A stretch of DNA of 64,000 bases from Candidatus Versatilivorator sp. (GCA_965207735.1 OZ242296.1:96001-160000); one strand, 5' to 3'. Numbered from the stretch's first letter, positions 38,299 to 47,214 are shown. Program-made: numbers and translations. Notes: generated by a model from the letters alone, not told the origin.

Positions 38299-40227
38299 CC
38301 GAAGTTCCTCCCATTTTACACCCAAAAAATCGCCTTAAGCCATTTGTTTTCTTGGGGAAGAGGATTGAGGCGTGTGGAGTGTTGTTCCCATGTATATGAT
38401 TAGCATTTATCTTGACATGATAGTTGTATGTGATATCGTAGTCCCATGTACGTCGAAACCGTCCCCAACCGCAACTCTCCCCCTGCCATCCTCCTGCGCG
38501 AAGGCCGCCGTGAGGGTAAAAAGGTCCATAAACGCACCCTGGCCAATCTCTCCCATTGGCCCAAGGACAAGATCGAGCGCCTCCGGCGCGTGCTCAAGAA
38601 CGAACCCCTGGTCCATCCCGACCAACTCTTCGCCATCGAACGCTCCCTGCCTCATGGCCACGTCGAGTTGCTGCTGGAAGTGGTGCGGCAGCTGAAGCTG
38701 CCGGCGCTGATCGATTCCCGACCCTCTCCCCAACGGGACCGGGTCTTGGCCATGATCCTGCAGCGTCTGCTCTATCCGGCCTCCAAGCTGGCCACCACCC
38801 GTCTTTGGCACACCACCACGTTGGGTGAGGAACTGTCCCTTGAGGACACCGACGAGGACGATCTCTATGAGGCCATGGACTGGTTGCTGGAGCGTCAGGA
38901 CCGGATTGAGCGCAAGCTGGCCAAGCGGCACCTGGCGGAAGGGGATGCGGTGCTCTATGACGTCAGCAGCAGTTACTACGAAGGCCAGACCTGCTCGCTG
39001 ATGCAGTTCGGCCACAACCGGGACGGCAGGCGGGACCGGCCCATGGTGGTCTACGGGGTGCTGGCCGACCAGATGGGGCGGCCGCTGTCGGTGCAGGCCT
39101 ATGCCGGCAACACGGGGGATCCGACCACGGTGGGGGATCAGGTGGAGAAGGTGCGGGGTCGGTTTGGTCTGGAGCGGGTGGTGCTGGTGGGGGACCGCGG
39201 GCTGCTGACCGAGACGCAGATCAGCCATCTGAAGCGTCATCCGGGAGTGGGGTGGGTCTCAGCCCTGCGCCACCACCAGATACGCCGTCTGGTGGAGAGC
39301 GAGGCGGTTCAGCTCTCCCTGTTCGACGAGCGTCATCTGGCCGAAGTCCGCAGCCCGGACTATCCGGGCGAGAGGCTCATCGTCTGCCACAACCCGCTGC
39401 TGGCCGAGCATCGGCGGCGGAAGCGGGAGGCTTTGCTGACAGCCACCGAGGAGGCGCTGGCCGGAATCGCCCGCCAGGTGGCCAGACGGACCCGCACGCC
39501 CTTGTCGGCGACCGAGATCGCCGAGAAAGTCGGCCGGGTCAAGAACCGCTTCCAGGTGGCCAAACACTTCCGGACCCAGATCGCAGACGGGTCCTTCCAC
39601 TATGAACGGCGCACCGACGCCATCATCCGGGAGGCGCAACTGGACGGGTTCTACATGCTGAGGACCAGCGAGCCAGCCGATCGCCTGCCAACAGCCGCGG
39701 TGGTGCGCCGCTACAAGGACCTGACGCGGGTGGAGCGGGCCTTCCGCTCCCTCAAGACCGTCGACCTGCACATCCGCCCCATCCGTCATCGGGTGGAGAG
39801 CCGGGTGCGGGCTCATCTGTTCCTGTGCCTGCTGGCCTATTACGTTCAGTGGCATCTGCGGCTGGCCCTGGCTCCGTTGCTGTTCGATGACGAGGAGTTG
39901 GAAGCGGAACGGGCACGGCGAGACCCGGTGCTGGCGGCCCAGCCGTCGGACTCCGCCAAACGGAAGAAGAGCAAACGCCTCACCGAGGACGGCTTGCCGC
40001 TGCAGAGCCTGGAGACGTTGATGGCGCAGATGGCGACGCGGGCCCGCCACCAGTGCCGATTGCCCTCCGAACCCGATGGTCCGCGAGTCCAGCGATTGAC
40101 CGAGCCGACCCCGCTACAGCAAAGGGCCTTCGAGCTCATCAGGATGTTCCCAGGCAAGACAACCTGAGATTCCTGATTGATGATTGAAGATAAAGGAGTT
40201 ATCTTGTCGGTGGGTCAGGAACTTCGG
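38299..40227 (+). mobile_element. IS1634-family element B
   Basis: TIR ccgaagttcct / aggaacttcgg; GTTAAA duplicated at 38293-38298 and 40228-40233. Confidence 0.92.
38446..40167 (+). CDS. IS1634-family transposase
   Basis: MYVETVPNRNSPPAILLRE, LYDVSSSYYEG, GHNRDG, GDRG and VERAFRSLK...RPI.H motifs. Confidence 0.95.
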   Translation: MYVETVPNRNSPPAILLREGRREGKKVHKRTLANLSHWPKDKIERLRRVLKNEPLVHPDQLFAIERSLPHGHVELLLEVVRQLKLPALIDSRPSPQRDRVLAMILQRLLYPASKLATTRLWHTTTLGEELSLEDTDEDDLYEAMDWLLERQDRIERKLAKRHLAEGDAVLYDVSSSYYEGQTCSLMQFGHNRDGRRDRPMVVYGVLADQMGRPLSVQAYAGNTGDPTTVGDQVEKVRGRFGLERVVLVGDRGLLTETQISHLKRHPGVGWVSALRHHQIRRLVESEAVQLSLFDERHLAEVRSPDYPGERLIVCHNPLLAEHRRRKREALLTATEEALAGIARQVARRTRTPLSATEIAEKVGRVKNRFQVAKHFRTQIADGSFHYERRTDAIIREAQLDGFYMLRTSEPADRLPTAAVVRRYKDLTRVERAFRSLKTVDLHIRPIRHRVESRVRAHLFLCLLAYYVQWHLRLALAPLLFDDEELEAERARRDPVLAAQPSDSAKRKKSKRLTEDGLPLQSLETLMAQMATRARHQCRLPSEPDGPRVQRLTEPTPLQQRAFELIRMFPGKTT

Positions 40228-40239
40228 GTTAAAGATGGG

Positions 40240-40279
40240 TTAGTGGCCCTTCGTCGTTCTTCGTGTCCCTTCGTGGATA
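40240..40279 (-). repeat. CCACGAAGG dispersed repeat
   Basis: Reverse complement of tatccacgaagg.acacgaagaacgacgaagggccactaa; compare 11288-11328. Confidence 0.85.
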
Positions 40280-40345
40280 ACTCTTTTTTCCCGCACCCGT
40301 AAATTCTTGGCCTTTGGGGATAACGCACACGTGTTTCAGCGGATG

Positions 40346-41995
40346 TCAGTTTTTCCAGGACTGCCGGTGGTATTGAAGAATGGTGGGCCGAAACTTGGTG
40401 TTGATTTCGATATGAGCGTCATCGAGCCAGCCCTTGCCGAATTCGCTGGCGTTGGACAGCAGGGCCGCGGTGAGATAGCCGGTAGGGACCCCAATGGAAG
40501 TCAGCCCCTCCAACCTTTCCTTCATGTCCGACGCGGTGGTTTGGTGCAGCCAGGCCAGGTGCCATCCCCACTCCCCGAAGCTGGGGACGTTCTGCCGGTA
40601 GGGCAGGGCCTGGTAGCCGGCGGCGCGCAGCGTCTTCCCGATGCACAGAAACATCTCCCGGGAGTGGTAGGGAGAGGTGGATTGCACGGCCACCAGACCG
40701 GCGGGGCCAAGCTGGCGGGCCAGCATCCGATAGAAATCCAGAGAGTAGAGTTTGGCCGTGCCCACCGATTTCGGATCGGGAAAGTCGATGATCACCAAGT
40801 CATAGGGGCCCTGCAGGCTGCGAACGAACAAGTCGGCATCCAGGTTTAAGACCCGGACCTTGGCCTGGGGGTAGAGGGTGTCGCTGAGCAGGGAAGAGGC
40901 CAGCTTGCTGGGACGGGAGATGGTCTGAACATCCCCGTCAGAAACACCCAGCGCCGGTCGCAGGGTGACACGGCCGTCCAGCAGGGCTCCCCGGTTGAGT
41001 CGAACCAGGTCGGGATGGCTGGCTGCCAGGTCGGTCATGGCGGGATCGATGTCCACCAGGTCCACTCGACGCACCGTGTCGTACTTCAGCACCTCCCGCA
41101 GGGCCAGGCCGTCGCCACCCCCGAGAATCAGCACTCTGGCGCGTGCGGAAGCCACTGAAAAGGGAACGTGCACCAGCATCTCGTGGTAAATCCGCTCGTC
41201 CCGGGAATTGAACTGCAAGTGGCCGTTGATGAAGAGGCTGAGCCGGTCGTTCCTGCGGGTCATGACGATGTGCTGGAACCTGGAAGTGTGGCTGTAGATG
41301 ACGGGATCGTTGTAGGTCCTCTGTTCCAGCGAAACTCTCCATTCCTCCGACAGGGCCAGCAGGCAGCCCAGGATCGCCACACCGGCGCAGGAGAGCAGCA
41401 ATAGCTTCCTGAAGTGTCGCAGCAGGGGACGGAAGTAGGCCAGCCCCAGCAAGGCCAGCAGGAGGTTGGCGCATCCCAGGGCCACGGCGATCTGGTTGAC
41501 GGACAGGTTGGCGAACAGGACGAAGGTGAACAGCAGGGCTCCCGCCAGCGAGCCCACGTAGTCCATGCTCAGGATCTCGGAGAGGTTGGTTCTGAGACTG
41601 GTCGAATACTCGCGGTTGATGCGGATCAGCAGGGGGATTTCGAGACCGATCAGGATGCCGATCCCCAGTGAAAATCCCCACAGCAGCAACATGTAGCTGG
41701 TGGAATAGACGTAGGCCAGGTAGATGAGCAGGGCGCTGACCCCTCCCGTCAGCCCCAGCAGGATCTCAACCAGCAGGAACTTGTCGACCAAGTCGCCGCT
41801 GATGTTCTTCTGCAGGGTGGCTCCCAGGCCCATGGCGAACATCATCAACCCGATGACCACGAAGATCTGTTCGTGGGAGGAACCCATCAGGTTGTTGCCC
41901 AGCGCCCCCAGGGTGTACTCGTAGGCAATCCCGCAAGCCCCCATGACGAACATGGACGCCGCCAGCACCTTTCGGGCATGTCGGAACCGGTTCAT
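40346..41995 (-). CDS. Membrane-anchored polyamine aminopropyltransferase (spermidine synthase-like)
   Basis: Seven N-terminal TM helices (CGIAYE, GLEIPLL, DYVGSL), then LFINGHLQF, YHEMLVH, ILGGGDG.ALRE, DFPDP and VPSFGEWG. Confidence 0.93.
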   Translation of the reverse strand: MNRFRHARKVLAASMFVMGACGIAYEYTLGALGNNLMGSSHEQIFVVIGLMMFAMGLGATLQKNISGDLVDKFLLVEILLGLTGGVSALLIYLAYVYSTSYMLLLWGFSLGIGILIGLEIPLLIRINREYSTSLRTNLSEILSMDYVGSLAGALLFTFVLFANLSVNQIAVALGCANLLLALLGLAYFRPLLRHFRKLLLLSCAGVAILGCLLALSEEWRVSLEQRTYNDPVIYSHTSRFQHIVMTRRNDRLSLFINGHLQFNSRDERIYHEMLVHVPFSVASARARVLILGGGDGLALREVLKYDTVRRVDLVDIDPAMTDLAASHPDLVRLNRGALLDGRVTLRPALGVSDGDVQTISRPSKLASSLLSDTLYPQAKVRVLNLDADLFVRSLQGPYDLVIIDFPDPKSVGTAKLYSLDFYRMLARQLGPAGLVAVQSTSPYHSREMFLCIGKTLRAAGYQALPYRQNVPSFGEWGWHLAWLHQTTASDMKERLEGLTSIGVPTGYLTAALLSNASEFGKGWLDDAHIEINTKFRPTILQYHRQSWKN

Positions 41996-42010
41996 GGTGA
42001 GAAATTCGGG

Positions 42011-42901
42011 TTACAGCATGAAAAAGAGGATGGACGCCATGCCGATGGCCACAACCGACTCGATCCAGGCGACTCCCAGGTTTCTGTCGACCGCGATTTC
42101 GTGGGCGATGCGGGTCCGCGGCAGCAGAGCGTGATCGACCATCTCACGCAACAGGAACAGGGCCACGAAGCCGACGGCCGCCAGGCTGGCGTATTCGGTG
42201 AGACTGGCGCTGAAGGATTCGAAATGGTGGGCGCTTGCCTTGAGCAACAGGATGCCCAGGGCGACCATGTTGCCGCCGAATGCTACCCCTGCCGCCGGGT
42301 TGTCCTTCTCGATCTCGGCATGAATGTCGTAGCGGGTGATCCACTGATAGAAGATGGAGAAGAGGACCAGCGTCACCTGACCTGCAAGGAAATAGCACAG
42401 GGCGGTGATGGGGCCGGTCCAAGCTCCGGCAAAGGCGGATTCGGGGGGGATTTCACCGTAGATCCCTCCCGCCAGGATGAGAGCTGTGGCGATATAGGCT
42501 CCGAACAACACGGCTCCCGTCCCCACGTTTCTGTCCTGGACCAGTTCCTTGTAGATGCTGAATTGGTGCAGCACCAGCTTGTCCACCAGTTTTCTGCCCA
42601 GGTTGAGCAGCACGATTCCGCCCAGGGCGTAGGCGGACACCACCCCCAGTTCGGGCAGGAGCCGGTTGAGATTCAGCAGGTCGCCCTCGGTTCCGGTGGA
42701 TGCGCCCAGGAAGATAATCATGACCCCGGCGTAGTAACCGCTCAAGCTCAGCCCGATGGCGGGGTTGTCCCGTACCGTCAGCTCCTCGTCGAGTGGGTAA
42801 GGCGTGAGCAGGTCGTTGACGAACTTGGCGATCATCAGAATGACCGCGCCAAGAACCACGTAGCACAGGCTGACTCCCAGTTCGATCCAGTCCATGGTCA
42901 C
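42011..42901 (-). CDS. DUF350 (YjfL-like) multi-pass membrane protein with duplicated domains
   Basis: Repeated EL..DN.A.G / EI..DN.AAG / EIAVDRNLG motifs. Confidence 0.88.
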   Translation of the reverse strand: MTMDWIELGVSLCYVVLGAVILMIAKFVNDLLTPYPLDEELTVRDNPAIGLSLSGYYAGVMIIFLGASTGTEGDLLNLNRLLPELGVVSAYALGGIVLLNLGRKLVDKLVLHQFSIYKELVQDRNVGTGAVLFGAYIATALILAGGIYGEIPPESAFAGAWTGPITALCYFLAGQVTLVLFSIFYQWITRYDIHAEIEKDNPAAGVAFGGNMVALGILLLKASAHHFESFSASLTEYASLAAVGFVALFLLREMVDHALLPRTRIAHEIAVDRNLGVAWIESVVAIGMASILFFML

Positions 42902-44337
42902 TTGCCTCCAAAAAAGGAGCGGCGGCCGCGACTACCATAGGAGCCGCCCCGTCCGCTGGCGCTGGCGGTGCGAAATCGAGAAGATCGATACCCCCTGAGG
43001 TTGCCGCCGCTCCGCTTGTAATAGGAGTTTCGATAGCCCCCGCTCCGCACGTAGCGGGAGGATCGATACCGGGAAGAGGTCATCCGGCTGTTGGTGCCGT
43101 AGCGAGGCTGTCCGGCCGCGGTCCGTCCGTAGTAGGTTCTGCCCGAGGTGTAGGATCGGCGATAGTCGGTGTAGTCACGGGGCATTATGGGCTGGTAAGC
43201 GGATCCCCAGAACATGGAGCGCATGAACATGTACTGGCCGTAAAAGACCCAGAAGGAACCGCCGTGGCTGTCCCGGCGCCATTGCCCGTACTGGTTGCTC
43301 TGCCCCGGGGGCGCCAGGTAGGAATAGCCGGCCGGCTGGGCCAGGGATTCGGCTTCTTCCTCGTACTTGCCGGCCGGCTTGCGAGCCACCGACATCCCCA
43401 GCTTGCCTTCCAGGGCGTCGAAGGTGGCTTTGGAAACCTGAACCCATGCCTCTCTTTCGGAGTGGGCGCCCTGTTTCTTCTGGGGGTCCTGGATATGGAC
43501 CGTCACCGTCTTGTACTTGTGGTGAAGGGTCAGAGTTTCACCTTCCCTGACGTCCATGTCCACCAGGATCCTGTCCCAGGAGAGGTAGAGCTGACTTAAC
43601 CGCTGGCCGAGTTGACTGTCCAGTCGCGCCAGTTGCAGCCCGTCGGCCTGCAGGTTCCGGTGGGTCTCCAAAATCAGCAAGGCATCGGCGTTGGGGGCGG
43701 CGATGGTCCGGGAGCGCTCCTTCCACAGGGACGCCGACCGGGCCTTGACCTCAGCCATTCGTTGGATGGCCTGGCTCAGGTCGGCTTTTTTCTCGGGCCA
43801 GTCGATCATGGCTCTCTGAGCACCGGGAATGCTGGCGGGGCGATAGGCGGCAAGCTGCCGATAGCTGGCCCGGGCCTCCCCGACGTACCGGCCGCGGTTC
43901 TTGTCCACCTCGCTGACGGTCCTGGCCAGATCCAGTATGTCGCTGGTGCCCTGCAAGGCCTGGGTCCGCTTCTGCCTGGCCTGGCCGATGCGGCGTTCAA
44001 TCTCCACCCGCAGTTCATCGTCGTCTTGGGCGGCCAGATCTCTGGCCTGGTCCAGCTCGCCGCCAGCCGAGTCCAGGTCCTTCTGCGATTGGTCCAGTCG
44101 GGCCAGCCACTGCTCCCGCTTGGCCTGAGGCAGCCCGGTCATGGAGTCGATCAAGGAGCGGGCCTCCCGACTCAGTTTGCCGTAATTGGCCCGCGAGGTG
44201 TTCAAGAGCTGGTCGGCTGTGGCCAGGGCGGCTTGGGTCTGCGGGTTCAACCCCCCGCCCGAGAAGGTGAGAACCCCGGTCAGTAGAGCCAGCACGGCTA
44301 TTCCGGCCGAGGCGTAGAGCAGGGATTGTTTGTCCAT
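42898..44337 (-). CDS. Membrane-anchored coiled-coil protein with a Y/R/S/G-rich C-terminal tail
   Basis: N-terminal TM, helical body, NQYGQW...GSFWVFYGQY motif, tail ending SRGRRSFFGGK; stop overlaps the next gene's start. Confidence 0.85.
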   Translation of the reverse strand: MDKQSLLYASAGIAVLALLTGVLTFSGGGLNPQTQAALATADQLLNTSRANYGKLSREARSLIDSMTGLPQAKREQWLARLDQSQKDLDSAGGELDQARDLAAQDDDELRVEIERRIGQARQKRTQALQGTSDILDLARTVSEVDKNRGRYVGEARASYRQLAAYRPASIPGAQRAMIDWPEKKADLSQAIQRMAEVKARSASLWKERSRTIAAPNADALLILETHRNLQADGLQLARLDSQLGQRLSQLYLSWDRILVDMDVREGETLTLHHKYKTVTVHIQDPQKKQGAHSEREAWVQVSKATFDALEGKLGMSVARKPAGKYEEEAESLAQPAGYSYLAPPGQSNQYGQWRRDSHGGSFWVFYGQYMFMRSMFWGSAYQPIMPRDYTDYRRSYTSGRTYYGRTAAGQPRYGTNSRMTSSRYRSSRYVRSGGYRNSYYKRSGGNLRGYRSSRFRTASASGRGGSYGSRGRRSFFGGK

Positions 44338-44347
44338 GGTTCTCCTC

Positions 44348-44908
44348 CTACCGAAGCGCGGTCACTGACCGGCTCAAGACCGCCGCGGACTCCTGGGGAT
44401 AGGAGTGCAGGGAACTCACCTCCAGTCCCGACTCCAGGGGGCGCACTCCCAGACAGGTCATCGGCGGGCGGCGGCTGGCCTTTTCGGCCGCAAACTCTGA
44501 AGCCAAGTGGACCGGAAAGCGGCTGATGCGGGCTCGCGCTCGATCCAGCTGCTCCAGCCCCGAGGTCCCTCCGGTTGATATGAGCCCGATCTCGAACTCG
44601 AAGTGGAGGTCCCCGTCCAAGTAGCGGAAGGGTTGCCGCCCGGAGAAGTCCGGCCCCAGGGACAGGACCGGAGCCATTTCGCTGCCGCCGGCGCAGGAGA
44701 GCAGTTCCGACCAGCGCCCACACCGTACCAGGTGGCTGGTTGCGATCACATGAACCTGGAAGTCCAGGTCGAGATGGCTCAGGCCGGCCGAGGCCACGAC
44801 CTTGAACCGGGAGGGGTCGATGGCTCCCCGAAACAGGCAGAGTCGCAGGTTCCGGTGGGAGGTGTCCCGGTATTGAATGGCGAGCGCCGGCTCGCCATTC
44901 TCAGTCAG
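44348..44908 (-). CDS. DUF2617-family protein (start codon uncertain)
   Basis: YRDTS..L, VIATSHLV...SELLSC and SLHSYPQE...VLSRS resemble my recollection of DUF2617; typical neighbour of DUF4178/DUF350/aminopropyltransferase. The frame is open upstream of GTG 44797. Confidence 0.7.
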   Translation of the reverse strand: MTENGEPALAIQYRDTSHRNLRLCLFRGAIDPSRFKVVASAGLSHLDLDFQVHVIATSHLVRCGRWSELLSCAGGSEMAPVLSLGPDFSGRQPFRYLDGDLHFEFEIGLISTGGTSGLEQLDRARARISRFPVHLASEFAAEKASRRPPMTCLGVRPLESGLEVSSLHSYPQESAAVLSRSVTALR

Positions 44909-45033
44909 TCGCTCGGTGCAGGGTAGGGAAGTTAATTGCCGCAGCGTTTTTCCGGTCCTGTGGTTGTGGTTAAGGTGTGAAGGCCGTCGGAGAGAAACCG
45001 TGCCGGGCGCTCCTCCCGGGTGATAGTTGCTGG

Positions 45034-45651
45034 CTACGCCCGAAAGATCCTGACCCGGCTGGGGTCGATTCTTTCCGAGATGCCGACCTCGAATGGGTCG
45101 CCCTCATATTTCTCGATGAAGAGCTGCAGGTCGTCGCAGTCGAACTTCCAATAGTAGAAGCCCTCCGCCTCCGGCCCGTCGTCCTTGAAGTAGCCGGCCT
45201 CGGCGCTCTCCCGGTAGACCCATCGCTTGCCCTGATACTCGATGAAGCGGGACCGCGATCTCTCCTCGTCCATGCGGGCCAGATCTTCTTCGCTGACGCC
45301 GATGGCTTCCAGGTGCAGTCCGCCCTGCCGCTGGATCGAGATCTCCAGTTCGTCGTCCTCGGACCACTCCAGGAAGACCCTCTTGCCGGCGCTGAGGCCG
45401 CTCAGCTCGAACCACTGCTCGCCGTCGGACTCGTAGCGGTTGAGCCGGTCCACGGTAAAGGACAGATCTTCGTAGGATTGACCCGCTCCGGAGAGGATGA
45501 CGTTGTCCCCCCGGGTTGCATCCTTGACGGTGAGGTTGGCCAGGTCGGCTCGCTGGGGGAAGTCCTCCACCTTGGGCTTTTTTTTGCGCAGCGCCTTGTA
45601 GAGGAGATAGCCCGCCAAGCCCAGAAGGATCAGTATGAGGACTTCGGTCAT
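45034..45651 (-). CDS. DUF4178-family protein
   Basis: N-terminal TM, Y...GEQWFE, LEWSEDDEL, IEYQGK.W...ES and FIEKY motifs; operon context. Confidence 0.75.
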   Translation of the reverse strand: MTEVLILILLGLAGYLLYKALRKKKPKVEDFPQRADLANLTVKDATRGDNVILSGAGQSYEDLSFTVDRLNRYESDGEQWFELSGLSAGKRVFLEWSEDDELEISIQRQGGLHLEAIGVSEEDLARMDEERSRSRFIEYQGKRWVYRESAEAGYFKDDGPEAEGFYYWKFDCDDLQLFIEKYEGDPFEVGISERIDPSRVRIFRA

Positions 45652-45675
45652 GGCGAGGTGCGGTTTGCCCTGGGC

Positions 45676-46362
45676 TTACGGCCTCTTGGAGGACTCCACC
45701 TCGGCCTTCAGCCGGTCCAGCTCGCTGTCGGTGGTGGAGACGTCCAGGGCGGCAAACTCCTTCTCCAGATCGGGGTCGGCGCCGGCCGACATGTTTTCAT
45801 AGGCCTTGGCGGTGGCTTCTTCCCGATTGACGGCCTCTTCGAAGCGCGAAATGGACGCAAAGGCGTTGTCGTCGGTTCCCAGGCCGCTCATCACCTGTGC
45901 CATTTTCTTCTGGGCGTTGGCGGCGTTCTTCCGGGCGATGAGGGTGCTGGCCTTGCGCTTGGACTCGTCGATCTTGCGGCGGAGCTGCTCCACCTGGTTC
46001 TTGAGCTTGTCGCGGGCGATCACGCCCTGATCCACCGCATCCTTGAGGGATGCCGCCTGCTGGTCGCATTCGGTCTTCTTGGCCAAGGCCTTCCTGGCCA
46101 GATCCTCGTTGCCCGCCAGCAGGGCTTTCCTGGCCTTGCCTTCCCAGTCCTTGGACTGCTCCAGGTGCTTGCCGTACTCGGCTTCCAGGCGATTGCAGTT
46201 GCTCATGGCATCGGCGGCGGACCGGATCACCCGGTGAAGCTGGTCCTCCATGTCCCGAATGCTCTGCCGCAGGGTCGACTCGAAAGTGGCATCCTCCAAT
46301 TTGTCGACGCCCTCGTTGAGCTTGCCCTTGCTGACTCGAAACAATCTGTCCAGGATCCCCAT
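45676..46362 (-). CDS. PspA/IM30 (bacterial ESCRT-III) family protein
   Basis: MGILDRLFRV..G.LNEGVDKLED, A.KAL.AGNEDLARKAL; long coiled coil. Confidence 0.92.
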   Translation of the reverse strand: MGILDRLFRVSKGKLNEGVDKLEDATFESTLRQSIRDMEDQLHRVIRSAADAMSNCNRLEAEYGKHLEQSKDWEGKARKALLAGNEDLARKALAKKTECDQQAASLKDAVDQGVIARDKLKNQVEQLRRKIDESKRKASTLIARKNAANAQKKMAQVMSGLGTDDNAFASISRFEEAVNREEATAKAYENMSAGADPDLEKEFAALDVSTTDSELDRLKAEVESSKRP

Positions 46363-46407
46363 GGTTGTTGACTCCTTCGCTAAGAAATGCGGGTCAGGGT
46401 TCTGAGG

Positions 46408-46806
46408 CTAATCCAAAAGGTCCCTGGCCTCGCAGACATCCCCGACCAGGAAGCTGATGCAGGAGAGGATGTCGTCCCGATCGTCCTCGCCCAGGCTTTG
46501 CAGCTTGGCAAAGTTGTTCAGGGTGATGGCCGTCTTGCCGTTCCCCAGGTCGTAAAGCTGAAAACTGGAGGTGGAGATGCCGTTCTGGGCATCCAGCATC
46601 CGAGCCATCAGGGTAGGGGTGACCGAGCCCGAATCCACCACCTGGCACGAGACCGTGTTGTAGAGAATGTCATGCTCCAGCACGCAGGAGACCGGAATGC
46701 CGCTCTCGATGTCCCTGATCTGAAGGGTATCCCCTTCGACCTTGACCACCTCGTAACCCGCGTTGGCAACGATTTCCTCCACCTCATCGATCATCGGACC
46801 CGCCAT
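46408..46806 (-). CDS. YjfI/DUF2170-like (CesT chaperone-fold) protein
   Basis: 132-aa acidic protein, LMARMLDAQNGISTSSF motif, directly upstream of PspA as with yjfI-yjfJ. Confidence 0.65.
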   Translation of the reverse strand: MAGPMIDEVEEIVANAGYEVVKVEGDTLQIRDIESGIPVSCVLEHDILYNTVSCQVVDSGSVTPTLMARMLDAQNGISTSSFQLYDLGNGKTAITLNNFAKLQSLGEDDRDDILSCISFLVGDVCEARDLLD

Positions 46807-46854
46807 CGAGAAACCTCCCTGAGCAAACTTCCAAAACACATGCGCGACGCCGCC

Positions 46855-46883
46855 ATTATGGCAGCAATGCCCGCGATTTTCAA
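46855..46883 (-). promoter_or_regulatory. Putative sigma70 promoter of the PspA/aminopropyltransferase operon
   Basis: On the minus strand: TTGAAA-17 nt-CATAAT with a TGn extension. Confidence 0.5.
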
Positions 46884-47023
46884 TGCCGGTGGGATGGGGC
46901 GGATTGGGAGGTGCCGGCGGTAGTTGGAGGCCGGATGCCTGAGAGGCCGGAAGCATTCGAACTGCAAGGGATTCGTGTTAGAGTCGGGCAATCGGCGCTC
47001 CTATACATAACATGAGGGCAGGA

Positions 47024-47042
47024 GAGCCTTTTGCAAAATTCG
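47024..47042 (+). mobile_element. Solitary left TIR of the 9789-11275 IS type
   Basis: Exact gagccttttgcaaaattcg, again preceded by AGGA. Confidence 0.75.
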
Positions 47043-47054
47043 TCGTGCAGAACT

Positions 47055-47170
47055 GGGGACGTTGTTGAATTGCTGGAACAACTTCGATCAGTCGCTCCTA
47101 AATAGCTTTGATTCAATAACATCTCCTACGTGCTCTCTGCCAGTTATTCCAGTAATTCAACAACGTCCCC
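47055..47170. mobile_element. 116-bp MITE-like element
   Basis: 24-bp TIR ggggacgttgttgaattgctggaa / ttccagtaattcaacaacgtcccc (one mismatch); another copy of this end at 48461-48484. Confidence 0.75.
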
Positions 47171-47214
47171 TATTCGCTTCCCTCAACATTGCCGAAGCCG
47201 GCGCCTGCCCACCC

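Larger units (their letters stand above)
36221..40239 (-). mobile_element. IS1634-family element A, with element B nested in its right-hand TIR
   Basis: TIR cccatctttaac (36221-36232) / gttaaagatggg (40228-40239); TTAG duplicated at 36217-36220 and 40240-40243. Confidence 0.88.

Noticed and set aside
44348-44797. S-adenosylmethionine decarboxylase suggested by HSYPQE and the polyamine context
   Set aside because: No ESH self-cleavage motif; the overall pattern fits DUF2617 better.
9789-47042. Giant composite transposon between the identical TIRs at 9789 and 47024
   Set aside because: Both are left ends in the same orientation, and no matching right end is visible after 47042.
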